A DNA stretch of 64,000 bases, taken from contig CM082585.2 in NCBI GenBank assembly GCA_040954595.2, forward strand, positions 3,750,902 through 3,814,901, read 5' to 3'. Below the pieces are notes generated by a model, which was given only the letters and a program-made list of their open reading frames with translations, was not told where the DNA came from and ran no database searches. Of this stretch, positions 39,914 to 53,800 are shown piece by piece. The DNA comes from Balanoglossus misakiensis (Eukaryota > Animalia > Hemichordata). A program made the translations under genes and the position numbers. How positions within the stretch are numbered: the first letter of the stretch is position 1; each line of letters opens with the position of its first letter.

Positions 39914-40228
39914 GTATACACATGATGACTGACAATGAGGGCAACAGTGTATTTTGATGACCGAGGGCTATGCTAGTTACAACTAAAAAAACCAGACTGT
40001 TTTGGTGTGACTGGCAGTCATGAGGTCATCAAAAATACACTGTTGCCCAAATATGTCAGTCATCATGAGTTTTATAACACACCAAACACCACACACACCA
40101 CATCCAGGCAACAGTACCCGGCAGAAATGGATCGAACTGATGCCCTAGGGAACAGTTCGAAATGACTAAGGTCACGTGACGGCGCATCGACGAATCACGA
40201 TGGAGGGTTCGCTGCATGGTGTGTTATA
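39914..40228. repeat. Dispersed repeat with internal inverted arms; inverted copy in an AS3MT intron (about 44250-44558)
   Basis: atgagggcaacagtgtattttgatgaccgaggg and cagttcgaaatgactaaggtcacgtgacg are reverse-complemented at about 44505-44540 and 44299-44328. Confidence 0.7.
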
Positions 40229-41378
40229 ATATTAGCTGAAGACTGCAGTTATTTGAAAATGCTGAATCAGTAACTTTTTTCTGAAATTTGGCAGAATGAG
40301 GACTGGTAGGGCAACCTATTGGGATTTCTTAATTGAATTGTTACAAATGTCATTTTAGAGTGTTCTACTAAAATTAAGTATTGATTTCTCCTTTGCATAT
40401 ACTGAAATGAAACCTGAAAACCACTGAACCAGATGTGGTTCAATGGGATCTCACATCTCCAGAGAATATTTAGATCTGATTAAGTCTTTGATTTGTTTTG
40501 ATGTGTAGGCATTGTTGGCTTTGCTGTAGACACCTTTTGGTTGAGAATGGACTAGCAGTAGCACTGTGTTGACTTTTTTTATGTGACCATTGACCAAATT
40601 TTGCATATTTCACTTTCAGCAGCCAAGATAATTGATATCTGTAAATTTTTGTGTGACCTTTGACCTTTTTTGTGGACGCCAACCCATAATTAATGCAATC
40701 CTGGGACTTGCTTTAGACAGGTCTGTATGGGACAGAAAATTTCTTTCAAAAATTTATTTCATTAATTCACTGCGATTTTGGCCCAAAAGAACAACAAACA
40801 GTCTTTACACAAACGTTTCTTGTCAAGGTTTCTTTCTGGTCAACTGGAAAGTCAGTGGGAGACTCAAGTCGATCCAAAACAAGCCATTGCCATTTTGAAG
40901 TTGAGTACAATGTACTTGTAGTAAGCAAGTACATAATTTACAGGTCATATATATAACCGCATGTTGGCGCTTTAAAAGATACACTCTCTAAGCACTGGTT
41001 CTGCCAAGGTCTATATTTTGTAGATCAAGACCTTGGCAGGTGAGGAGCTCAGGATGCCTAGCCTTGTCTCCATACCCAGTGTGTCGCGTAAGGCGATTGA
41101 CTTGAATGACATCAGAGTCAAGACCATGTGGTGACCTCCTTGCCGTGACATCGCATTGTGTGTTCTATTGACATGCAGATCTTCAAATTCGAAGATAGTT
41201 GACTCTGTGGCCAGACCCTTGTGTGTGAGTCTATCTAAAACACACTGGGTATGGAGAGTTGTAGACCAGGCTACATATTGCCTAAGATGGGCCCTTCATG
41301 CAAAATATTGAAATTAATTGATAAAAATCTTTTATATGATTTAACAGGTTAAAACTCTCCAGAAATTCAATTTTCACA

Positions 41379-44300
41379 ATGTCTTGTTGCGGTGGCAAAT
41401 CGGGTGATCTGAGAGCAAAGATGGATGATTCAAAGCCATCAGAAGTTGTTGATAGTGTGAAAGAATATTATGGAAAAGTTTTAAGCACCAGCAAAGATTT
41501 GAAGACCAATGCCTGTTGTACTGCAGTCAAAATGCCAAAACACATCCGTGAAGCTGTGGGTATGGTCCATGATGAAGTTGTGTCAAAGTAAGTTAATTTT
41601 CTGGTTCGTGACAGATAATTCCCTATTAAAGGGACAAAGTCTCTCTCTCTCGCTGCCCTTTTCCCCATTAGTTATGTTTGATACAAGACACCATTTATGT
41701 TATTTTAAAGGTGAATATATAGTGAATCGATGTTCGACCACACACAACTTCTATCCCATTTGTAGAGTAAAAATCTCGCCAAAATGAATAAATGGTAAAC
41801 ACCGATTATTCATTTTGGCGTGTTATTTACTCTCGTGTAGAGCTACAAGTGGGATGGAAGTTGTGTGCGGTCGAACGTTGATTCAATATATATCCACATG
41901 CTGAATAACATTTACGGTGTCTGTATCAAACATAATTCATAGAAAAATGGCAACGAGAGAGAGACTTTGTCCCTTTAAATGTAATTGACTGTCCCTTGGA
42001 TAAAAGACAAATGTGTACAGTAATGTACATGCCATAACCTATCCCACAAACTGGGCATGTGTCAGCTCTATAAGTATTCAAGTAGAAACCATTTAGACAG
42101 AACAAAACAAGTAGGGCTTCTCGGTCATTTACCGCGATGATCAATAACTCGCTACCTTGTCTGTACTAATGCATATTTTATTTTTATTTATTTATTTTTT
42201 TTTGGGGGGGGGGAGGTCAAACACAATGTCTTTCATGATGTTTATGTACAGGCACTTCATTGGCTAAACTGTAAATGAAACTGTAACTTGAAAGTTGAAA
42301 GTTGAAAGTTCATTTGTGTTGGGCTAGACAGAAAGCTAGAACCCATAAAAGTTTTACTTATCTAGCCTGCTTGTCTACTGTTATTTTGTTGCACGTAATG
42401 CAAATACAATTTCACACAATTTTTTAGCTCTTTGTGTGCACTGCACATAAAAAAAGATCAAACACAAGCCCTGACCACATATAATAATCTTATCACATTG
42501 GTTATTTAAATACATTTGACAAATGAGATGACGGAAAAAAAGAGACATCACAATATTGCATTTCACATAAAATTGATTTCTTTTTGCTATTAGGTATTAT
42601 GGATGTGGGTTGGTCATTCCTGACAGTTTAGATGGCTGTAGTGTGTTGGATCTTGGGAGTGGTTCAGGCAGAGATTGCTATATAGTCAGCAAATTAGTTG
42701 GCAGTAAAGGAAGGGTGACTGGGATTGACATGACCGATGAACAGGTAAGACAACAACTCACACATTGCCAAGAGTCTCTTACTATATGTTGCATCGCCAT
42801 TTTAATATAGGCGAGTTGCAGTGACCCAGGTCATACTGACAGATCAGCCAATCAGTGGCTGTCCAAAAGCCTGGTAGCGGCCATTTTTATATGGTATTTC
42901 CCCAGATCTGCAGTGCAGAGGAAAAAGCAGAGGAGTCTGGGTAACCGAGACTTCAGCTAGGACAGAATTCCCTTTCATAATTTTGTTGATTTTTATGCTA
43001 AAAAGACACATAGGAAATAAAAAATAATTGCAAACTGTGATGATTGGCTAGCCATATAAACTGGATAATGGAACTTGTTACTCACACAAAGTCTGGCAAA
43101 GGTGTGTATTGATGTCCTGTACTGAGACTCACTTCTTTTATTTGCAGCTGGATGTAGCCAAGAAATACATTGATTATCATAGAGACAAGTTTGGATATGC
43201 TGAAAGCAACGTAGACTTTGTGAAGGGTTATATCGAGGACCTTGCCAATGCAGGACTGCGGGATAATACGTTTGATATCATTATGTAAGTATATACACTG
43301 GTACTCATGGCATACATGTTTGATCAATTTGGTAAGAAAGTTTGTTTTTATCACTGCCTTTGAGAATGAACGTACAGTGTCTGTGGTTGCACTTGCTTTT
43401 TATTTCTTAATTCTCTGGGGACACAATAAATCAGAAAATTTTATACTCAACTCCTGAGAAAGTGTCCTTTCCTGAGCTGCTTATTTTGAATTGATTGTTG
43501 GCTTGGTATATTTTAAACAGTACAGGAACCTTTGTATGACAATTACAATAGAAACAAATTGCAACATTTTAGTCAATAATCAGGTTTGCTCACTTTTATC
43601 AAATTTATTTTGTGCATTTCTGTTCTTTTTGTTAAACAAATCAAGGTTTCAAAAACTGTTCATCCAGTGGCTTTAAGCAATGGTTTCCAGACTCCTGGGA
43701 ATGTTCTATATCAGATGGATTCATCTGTTACCTCATGAATTGTCTTAATTTATTTTTAAAATTGCCATTTGGCTGTTTTTTAATAGACCAACATCTTCTT
43801 TTATTTCAAACACTAGAAAATAGAAGCAAAAATACCCCTACAACACAGAAAGGAGATTACTTACATACAGTACGTAATTTCTAGGAGTGCAGATATCGTA
43901 ACACACCTCATCCACAGTCTGTGTTCTCATTCTCCAATTAATAGTCACATGGTATGTGTTCTTTTTGTGCCGTTACCCACCGGGCAACAGTTGCGAAAAA
44001 TGATGCCCGCTCACTTTGTGTATGGGGAGTTCTTATGCATTCATGGCTGCGGGTGAGGTGTGTTACAAAACACATATTGACTGGCTTTTCGGGCAACAGT
44101 ATACGTCTTGGGACTGTGTGTCAACAGACTGTTTCACTCGGCCTTGGAAAACAGTCTGTTTTTTTTTTTGGGGGGGGGGGATTACTCGCAGTCCCTTGGG
44201 TTACGGACATACATGTATGCTGTTGCCCTCATGGCCAGTCAACATGTTATATTATAACACACCATGCAGCGAACCCTCGATCGTGATTCGTCAATACGAC

Positions 44301-47300
44301 GTCACGTGACCTTAGTCATTTCGAACTGTTGCCTGGGGCATCAGTTCGATCGGTTTGGTGTGTTATAAAACACATGATGACTGACATATTTGGACAACAG
44401 GGTATTTTTGATGACCTTGGGACTGCCAGTCACACCAAAACAGTCTGTTTTCCCTCGGGCTATGCCCTAGGGAAAACAAGACTGTTTTACTTGTGACTAG
44501 CAGCACCCTCGGTCATCAAAATACACTGTTGCCCTCATGGCCAGTCAACATGTGTATACTGAGATAAGTCACACTTCAATGGGAGCACAGTGTCATTAGT
44601 GCTATTTTTTGTGCTTTACAGATCCAACTGTGTTGTGAACTTATCACCAGACAAGTCAGCTGTTTTAAGAGAAGCATTCAGGGTTCTCAAACCGGGTGGG
44701 GAGCTCTATTTCAGTGATGTATATGCAGATCAAAACTTAGCGAAAGAAGTCAGAGAAAATAAAGTTTTGTGGGGTAAGTATTTTACAGTGATCTGTTTTT
44801 TTTTTCAACTTTGCATATATTAAAGTGACATTTGCCGTAACCTTTGGCTTTATTTCCATGTATTTTTGTTCTGTGCATTTCTTGTTCTACTCCAAACAGC
44901 ATGCTAATATACCCAGTACTTGGCTTGTCAACATAGCCTGTATGTGTGTAACGACAATTGTTATTATTGACAAATGAATTCAAGTTATTTTATATTAAAG
45001 GTATACAGTCACCTATGTAAATTTAGCTGCAGTTACCATGGCAAAATGAGATCTAGCCAATCACAGATTTTTAGTGGGTGGCACACGTGAAAAAAGAGCG
45101 CCATCAGTGTTCTTTGGGACACTGAAATGCTCCAATTTAGCTATATATGGGTGTATGTAAATTAGAGGTGATCGTGTACCTTTAAGCTGGTCACTTGTCA
45201 CACCAATTAGGTGAGTTGTATCATTTAAAAACAATCTGTGGCTGGGGGCAAGCAAATATAAATTGTTCTGTGTCAGGTAGGTTATTTTATGACAGAAAGG
45301 TATTTACATTTCAATTGTATGTAATGAATTTAAAAATTTGCACTGACTTTTTTCATGTAGGTGAGTGTATTGCTGGTGCATTGTATTGGCAAGATTTATA
45401 TACGATTGCAGCAGAGGTTGGATTCACCAAACCACGACTTGTCAGCGTATCGGCCATAACAGTTGACAACAAAGAATTGCAAGAAATTGTTGGTAAGAGA
45501 TGTTTCCTTTGATAAAACTAAATTTGCACTAGAAATTTGACAATTCTCCCTACCTTAAATAGGTTTTAAGCTACCTAAGTGAGTAATGAAAATCTCACAC
45601 AATTTCAAGATGGCCGATTTTTGCCATGTTTAAGAAATGGGATTTTTAACAGAAAAAATAACAAAATGTGAAAAAAAGTTTAATGAGTTTAATATGCTAA
45701 CTACAAAGACAGACATGTTTGACTAAAGGAAGTCATGAAATACCGTAAACATATCATTTCTTCTATCTCTTACTACAGTGGGTTGTCGACTTTTCACCCA
45801 GAATGTAATGTGATTTGACCCCCTAGCGCAAAGTGAAAACCTATTTAAGGTAGCCAGAATTGTTGTTATGTGTGGTACTGGTATGATGTTTATTAGTGGC
45901 ATACTTTTGTTGGCAATGGTAAGATATGTAATGGATGTGCTGGGGTCGCGCTAGGGTTTCATAAACCTTGGCTACTCTTTTTGGCCATGGGAATTGAGCC
46001 AAGGACAACTTTTCATTTATTGCTTATTTACAGATTTTCATGCTTTATCAAGCCAAACGCATATTCAATTCATATCTGATTAACATGTATTTCATTTGAG
46101 TTTAAATTAATTGCTGCTAACCTCAAATATACAGTTTGTCAAGCAAAATCTGCAGTCCCTGTCTTGCAACATATATACAGTTTTAGAATATTATGACGTG
46201 TAACATGAGCTCATTCTTTTCACTCCAGGTTGTAAGATTAATCTTTCCAATCACTAGATTTTGCTGCCATAATAGAGCTACCTCCAGGGGTACCTTTTCA
46301 TTCATGTGTAATGGCGTTGTTTTGAAACTAAAATCATGAAAATTATCTCAAAGGATTCAGTCCTTTTGGCTTTAATTAATTGTAGTTCTGAATAAAGTAA
46401 AGCATTGGAGGTAACCCAACCCTGGAAACGATTCAGGGAAGAGCTATGGAAAGCATATGGTCAATTCTGAGACAATGTAATATTTTCCCTGAGCTTTTTT
46501 CTTGGCCATGGAGATGCCATCAGATGAACATTGTGTACTTCCTACCCTTCCCTACCTGTACTTAAAATTTTGCTCCTTTTTCCATGAATTGTAACAGGGC
46601 AGGCTAAGTTTGTGTCGGCTACGTACCGTTTGTTCAAACTACAAGAAGGAAAATCTGAGGCCACACAAGTTGTATATAATGGAACCATAGAAGGTTGTGA
46701 AGACAAAGTAGTCCTGGATGTACACAATGTCTTCAAGGTGAGTCAGCCTACATGATGAACCCTTTCACCACCATGGTTTAGTCCAAACTTATTGTTTACA
46801 ATGGTAAGGTTGGACCTCTATAGATAGAACTGGGGGTGAAAGGGTTTAAGGTATACGGTCACCTCCAATTTACATACGCCTATGTACGGCTAAAATGGCG
46901 TATCTGAGTGTTCTAAAGTACATATGGTGGCAGTGAAATATAGCTTTTAATGCATTGCTGAACACCAGCAATACCACCAACTCAGGTCAGAAAATCAACA
47001 TGTATTTGATGGTGCTTTTATAGGAAGCTATATATACGATTAATATTTTCTATTCCAAAGAACTGCCAAAGTATCACTTGTAACAACAGTTTTATATTTC
47101 ATATACAGAAGCCAAGAGTCTTTTGAAATTATTTTCAGTCTTATATGCCCAGCAAAATACTGTGAAACTGAAAATTTTCCTGACCAATAAATTTTCACGA
47201 ACTTCGCAAAAGCAAACAAAGGGCTATAGTAAATAGTTGCAAAAGAACAATGAGTACTTGTACTATTAGGAGATAAAGAGAATGTGAAAATTAATCGTTG

Positions 47301-48312
47301 CGGAATAGTCACCTCTGTTGATATAGCCTAAATTTTCTGCCTCGAAAATTTCCCGTTTTACTGTAAACTGAAAGTGCATATCAACATGATACTACAGATG
47401 TTACCAATTTATTCATTTCAGGCTGAAGACATTGTTGACATAGACTCTGAAGTTGCAACAATTTTGCAGAATACAAGATTTGCAGATGATTTTACTTTTT
47501 GCTCACCAAGTGTCTCCAAAAAAGCCAAGTCAACCCAGGTAAGACTTCAAACAACACCAATATTAATAGTATTACTGGTCAGCCCTTGCTGAAACATATA
47601 ATAAAAACAAACTAGAAACTTACACACTGAAAAATTGTGGCTGTCTTGGACCAATGAATGCCTATGTATATGCAGTAAAATTAAAAAGTATTGTCATTTC
47701 TTTTAATTGTGGATTTTTGGATTATCCTGTGTATGTATAATGAAAATCCGTGATAAAATATAGGGGTCACTGTGCTTGTTTTTGAACTACAGAGCCATCA
47801 ATTTAGTCGATAATACAAGAAAACTGCAGACTCAGCATTATTCACCAATGCTTTGTCTATGGCCAAAAAATGTAACGCAATTTATCTCAAAATAGAGCAT
47901 GGTGACCACACAATTTTATTTGACCAATGAATTTATTTTTACTTGCCTGAGCTTTTTGTAAAATTTCGTGAAAAATACAACAGTAGAAGTTTGTTTTCTA
48001 GCAAATCAATGTAATCCTATGGGGCACTGTTTATCAGTGTATGTTCTGCATTTACATCTTTAACAGATAAGCAATTACAGGTGAATTGAAAGTGTTGTAT
48101 AAAACAATAGGGTTTCAATCTAATGCCACAGTAATGAAATGCACAGGATATTTGGCATCTTTTCACAATGATCTGTTTAATTTCAGGACGTTATGGTTGA
48201 TCCCTTTCAATACTTGGCAGAAAAGAATGTTGCTGGATGCGCAGACAGCTCCTCATGTTGTGGTGCCAGCAAACAGGAATGTAAAAGCTCCAGCGGCAGT
48301 GGTTGTTGTTGA
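41379..48312 (+). CDS. AS3MT: Arsenite methyltransferase; exons 41379-41587, 42594-42744, 43148-43284, 44622-44773, 45361-45492, 46598-46737, 47422-47538, 48187-48312 (387 aa)
   Basis: All introns are GT-AG and phase-consistent (1164 nt). Motifs YYGKVL..SKDLKTNAC, YYGCGLVIP, VLDLGSGSGRDCY, ISNCVVNL, LKPGGELYFSDVY, LWGECIAGALYW, FVSATYRLFK. Confidence 0.95.
41630..41974. mobile_element. TTAA-flanked MITE (Kolobok-like); fragments also near 16640, 28960, 29410-29718, 49170 and 54765
   Basis: ttaa|agggacaaagtctctctctc...gagagagagactttgtccct|ttaa. Confidence 0.8.
44999..45181. mobile_element. TTAA-flanked MITE (Kolobok-like)
   Basis: ttaa|aggtatacagtcacct...aggtgatcgtgtacct|ttaa. Confidence 0.7.
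45541..45862. mobile_element. MITE with about 27-bp TIRs in AS3MT intron 5
   Basis: caattctccctaccttaaataggtttt ... aaaacctatttaaggtagccagaattg. Confidence 0.65.
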
Positions 48313-51300
48313 AATCAAAGAATGCTGACCTGTTCTCTTCTATCACTCCATGCTGCTAGGAGTGTGCGATCGACAATGTGGGGTTAATGGATCCCACAGT
48401 ATAAGACACAAGCACTGATTGGACGATGAACAGTCTGAAATTACTGTGTGCGAAAATTTTACCCAATGCCGCAATTTGACAGAAACTACAATATGCTAGA
48501 CATCATTTTTGCTATTCGTTATTTCTTATGAAAATTTACAAATTCATGGTTATGTGAGAACTAAAATCTCACACACGAAAGACCCAGGTTAAGATTACTC
48601 ACTTTTGTCACATAATTTCCCCAGTTCATATAATACATGTAGTCACTCACATTTTTAGAATGGTTCATCAAAATTCTTACAAGAATGATGCAGATGGTTA
48701 AGTGATTATTTTCACAAACTGCTGATGCAGTTTATTCGACTTCAATCAAGCAATTACTGACAACTTAGCTGTGTCCTGTATCAGGAAAATATTGCAGATC
48801 TTTAAATAGGACAAATACACAATTTTGCTGAAATGAAAGGATTATAGGGGAAAAGAAATTTCACAAGGACTGGAAACTTGTTGATCAATTAAATCACTCT
48901 GTGTTTGGCCCACTATACATCGTGTGCATTTGCAGCCAAGGCGTAGTATGCTTTTCAGTACTTTTAGATCGCTGTCGCTCATGAATTGCTAGCCGAAGTC
49001 CTAAAATTCACACACTACAGACTCCTGATGTTCAAGCTGATTTCTGTAAAATAACAGGTCAAAGCTAACTAAAAATTTGACATATCTTAAGCCAGTGTCA
49101 GCAACTCACCACAGCTGAGCAAACTGGGTGACTGACTGTACCACGAGGACACAGGACAGAAGCCTAATTTTGTTTGCTAGAAGACACCGTTTATGTTATG
49201 CTACATGTGGATATATATTTTGAATCAGCATTCGACCACACACAACTTCCTTGTTGCTGCGCAAGTCGTTGAAATATAGCTACAATCACGCGAATACATT
49301 GCAATATCAGTCAACTTCATGTAATAACCTGTAATTATCTTGCCATTTACTTCTTACACAGGAAGACATTCATTATTTTCATTGGAAAAGACTCACAATA
49401 TATGTGATACAGTACATGTATAGTTTAGCTGTAGTGTTTGTGTTGATTAAGGAAACTCAATATATACAAAATAATGTACCGGTATCATGTGATAGAGCTT
49501 TCTTCCCTTTCAAGCCAAGCGTAGAAAAAATTAAACAGACTCTAAAAAACATTAATATGTCTGCATGTGTCTGATATTTGGGTCAAATGTAAAGTTTTAC
49601 AGGAAATTTAGTAAAACTTTCGATGCCAGTAAACAGCAGTAAATCATTGTTTATTAACTCTGTTGCGCAGTGAAACTGTAATATCTGTTGATGACAGAGA
49701 GGTCAGTACATATTATGGTACTGTTAAGAATTTACTTCTAGGGTGGGACCGGAGGATTTTTAATTTTTCTGGTGATTTTTTTCAATGGTCCCCCCTAGTA
49801 AATTGTGGAGGAAATCTGTGGTCCCCCTTAAATTTCCTGTTTTTTTCCATGCCCCCCCTAAAGGATTGGGATTTGTATGTCTGATCCCCCTAATTTTTAT
49901 TGGAGAAAATTGGTGGTCCCCCCTGACCCCCCCCCCCCACTGGAAGTCAATTTTGAACAATCCCTAAAATGGTTTCCAGACATCTTGCTCCGTGGTTTGT
50001 GTCTTTTTTGACCTGTAAATGGAGGTGCCTGTTCACCAAATCAAGTAGTGCTTGCAACTAACAATGTAAATTTTGGGATAAATTAACAAACTAATACTAA
50101 TAAATAAGCAATATATTGATATATTGCTGTTCACTGCCATCAAACGTTTGACTAATAGATTTCCTATATTATACAACAATTTTCCCTTGTTTTACATTTC
50201 AAGATTGGTATTTCCCAAATGGGTTAATGATTGCCATCTGTTCTGGCAGTCCAGCTGATCTTGTCCATTCAGATATACAGTGGACAATCACTCTTTCGAA
50301 GAAGTTGTATGTGAAACACTAATACGTTCTCAAAATTTCTGTGTTAGATTGTTAGGAGGGTTAGGTTACTCAGATTCCGCATGCTTGGCTGGCGTTTCTA
50401 GTGCCCCCGGCTGTAAATTATGACAGCCCCCTTTATGCTATAATAGGTGAAACTTCTCATATAATGCCCACAACGTGATTGGCCAACTATTACAGCGCGG
50501 AGAGTGCATCCAATCTCAATTATTGCAAATCACGTGATTCAACACCCCTAAAACTAGATGGACCCTGCCAATAAACTAACCTCGCAAGCTTTTGTTAAAA
50601 GCAGTCGAATAGGTACATGTATAGACTCTACTTTCAACGTCTGGTGTCAGTCATAATTTACCGTGTACCGCTTACATCCCGCTTGTAGAGCTCTGTGCTA
50701 TTGACGCAGCTGTACTCGTAAGTACAGTTCTTTTATATTTTTTTATCATAGTGAATGTACTGTTTAGTTGATCTTATCTGATGTGATGAGACAATTTTGA
50801 GCAAGACCTGAACACAGGATGAAATGTGAATCTGCAGCGGCCCCGCCGACTAATCGATGGCAACATTCAGCTCTGGTGTTCATTGTGTCCAGAGTAGTTT
50901 TATTTATTTATTCATTTACTTATTTATGCTTTTAATGTGCGTCAGAAATTCTCTGAGTAAGTTTCGTGGGATTCGCCACATTACAACACAAAGACTGTTC
51001 ATCAAACTTGTATTTGCATCAGTTTGTCATCTCTTGGTGACGCATACCACGATAGCTGCGTACTGTTTGTATGGAGGCCGATTAAACAGGTGCGGCTCCC
51101 GTTTAATATATCACTTGTTCAAATTGCAACATACAGCCTTAAGGCAGCCAGAATTGTGTTTATGTGTGGTACTGGTATGATGTTTATTAGTGGCATACTT
51201 TGGTTGGCAATGGTAAGATATGTAATGGATGTGCTGGGGTCGCGCTAGGGTTTTAAAAACTCTGTTGGCCCATGGAAATTGAGCCACTGACTACTTTTTC

Positions 51301-51375
51301 ATTTATTGCTTGTTTACAGAGTTTCATGCTTTATCAAGCCAAATGCATATTCAATTCATATCTGGTTATCATATA

Positions 51376-51581
51376 TTGTAAAACGGGTTATTTTCGCGAG
51401 AAATAAACTTTTGCGAAATTCGCGAGAGCCAAAACAACCTGAAAATAAAAGGTCGCGTAAAATGTTTTTTCGGAGATAACAATGCAGTGAAATTCGACAA
51501 CGTGAAAATTAATCCTTGCATAACAATTTCCTCTTTTAATATTGCAAAAATTTCCTGTCGCGTAAATAACCAGTTTTACAG
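51376..51581. mobile_element. TA-flanked MITE present only in duplication unit 2
   Basis: ta|ttgtaaaacgggttattttcgcga...tcgcgtaaataaccagttttacag|ta; absent at the homologous site near 46088. Confidence 0.8.
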
Positions 51582-52116
51582 TATTACATTTGAGTTTAAA
51601 TTAATTGCTGCTAACCTCAAATATATAGTTTGTCCAGCAAAATCTGCAGTCGCTCTCTTGCACCATATATACAGTTTAAGTATATTATGTCTGACACAAA
51701 ACATGAGCACATTCTTTTCACATCAGGTTGTAAGATTAATTCCAATCACTGGCTTTTGATGTCATAGTAGAGATACCAAATAGGGATACCTTTTCATTCA
51801 TGTATAATGGCATTGTTTTGAAAGTAAAATCATGAATTTTGTCTCAAAGGATTCAGTCATTTTGGCTTTAATTAATAGTAGTTCTGAATAAAGTAAAGCA
51901 TTGGAGGTAACCTCACTTTAAATTTTTTCAGAGATGAGCTAGGAAAGCATATGGTCAATTCTGAGACAATGTAATATTTTCCCTGTGCTTTTTTTCTTGG
52001 CCATGGACATGCCATTAGCATGACTATAGCCATGTCATTCAGATAAACAATGTGTACGTCCTACCCTTCCCTACCTGTACTTAAAATTTTGCTCCTTTTT
52101 CCATGAATTGTAACAG

Positions 52117-53800
52117 GGCAGGCTAAGTTTGTGTCGGTTACGTACCGTCTGTTCAAACTACAAGAAGGAAAATCTGAGGCCACACAAGTTGTATATAATG
52201 GAACCATCGAAGGTTGTGAAGACAAAGTAGTCCTGGATGTACACAATGTCTTTAAGGTGAGTCAGCCTACATGATTAACCTGTTGGCCAACATGGTTCAG
52301 TCCAAACCCATTGTTTACTATAGTAAGGTTGGACCTCTAAAGGGGGAGCTGGAGGTGGAAGGGTTAAAGGTATACGGTCACCTCCAATTTACATACACCA
52401 ATGTACGGCTAAAATGGCGTATCTGAGTGTTCTAAAGAACATATGGTGGCAGTGAAATATAGCTTTTAACGCATTGCTGAACACCAGCAGTACCACCAAC
52501 TCAGGTCAGAAAATCAACATGTTCTTTATGGTGTTTTTATCGGAAGCTATATATATGATTAATATTTCTATTCCAATTCACTTGTAACAACAGTTTTATA
52601 TTTCATATACAGAAACCAAGAATCTTTAAAATTATTTTCACTCTTATATGCCCAGCAAAATACTGTGAAACTGAAAATTTTCCTGACCAATAAATTTTCA
52701 CGAACTTTTCAAGAGCAAAAAAAGGGCAATAGTAAATAGTCGCGAAAGAACAATGAGTTCTATAGAATGATATTAGGAGATAAAGAGAATGTGAAAATTA
52801 GTCTTTGGGGAATAGTCACCTCTGTTGATAAAGCCTAAATTTTCTGCCTCGAAAATTTCCCGTTTTACTGTAAACAGAAACTGCATATCAACATGATACT
52901 ACAGATGTTACCAATTTATTCATTTCAGGCTGAAGACATTGTTGACATCGACTCTGAAGTTGCAACTATTTTGCAGAATACAAGATTTGCTGATGATTTT
53001 ACTTTTTGCTCTCCAAGTGTCTCCAAAAAAGCCAAGTCAACCCAGGTAAGACTTCAAACAACATCAATATTACTAGAATTACTGGTCAGCTCTTACTGAA
53101 ATGTATAATATAGACAAACTAGAAACTTAATTGTGACTGTCTGGGACCAATGAATGCCTATTAAGGATGTACACTCAGTAAAATTGAGAGTATTTTCATT
53201 TCTTTTCATTGTTGATTATTGGATTATCCTGTGTATGTATAAATTATGAAAATCCGTTATAAAATATAGGGGTCACCGTGCTTGTTTTTGAAATACTGAG
53301 CCATGAATTGAGTTGATAATAGAATAAAACTGGTGACTCAGCATTTTTCACCAATGCTTTGTCTATGGCCAAAAAATGTAACGAAATTTATCTCAAAATA
53401 GAGCATTTGACCAATGAATTTATATTTACTGGACTGAGCTTTGTGTAAAATTCAGTGAAAATGGCAATAGTAGAAGTTTGTTTTCTAACAATTATCAATG
53501 TAATCCTATGGGGCACTGTTTATCAGTTTATGTTCTGCGTGTACATCCTTAACAGGTAAGCAATTACAGGTGAATTGAAAGTTGTATAAAACAATAGGGT
53601 TTTCAATCTAATGTCACAGTAATGAAATGCATAGGATATTTGGCATCTTTTCACAATGTTCTGTTTCATTTCAGGACGTTATGGTTGATCCCTTTCAATA
53701 CTTGGCAGAAAAGAATGTTGCTGGATGCGCAGACAGCTCCTCATGTTGTGGTGCCAGCAAACAGGAATGTAAAAGCTCCAGCGGCAGTGGTTGTTGTTGA
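52117..53800 (+). pseudogene. AS3MT: Duplicate of AS3MT exons 6-8 (52117-52256, 52929-53045, 53675-53800); intact, possibly an alternative 3' end
   Basis: Same exon lengths and splice sites, open frame, one amino-acid change (FVSAT to FVSVT); lacks its own exons 1-5. Confidence 0.8.

Noticed and set aside
48301-48480. Selenocysteine readthrough at the AS3MT GCC-TGA end
   Set aside because: Terminal Cys pairs followed by a stop are normal, and I saw no convincing SECIS (the atga..aa..ga candidate near 48425 has too short a stem). SECISearch3 on the 3'UTR would settle it.
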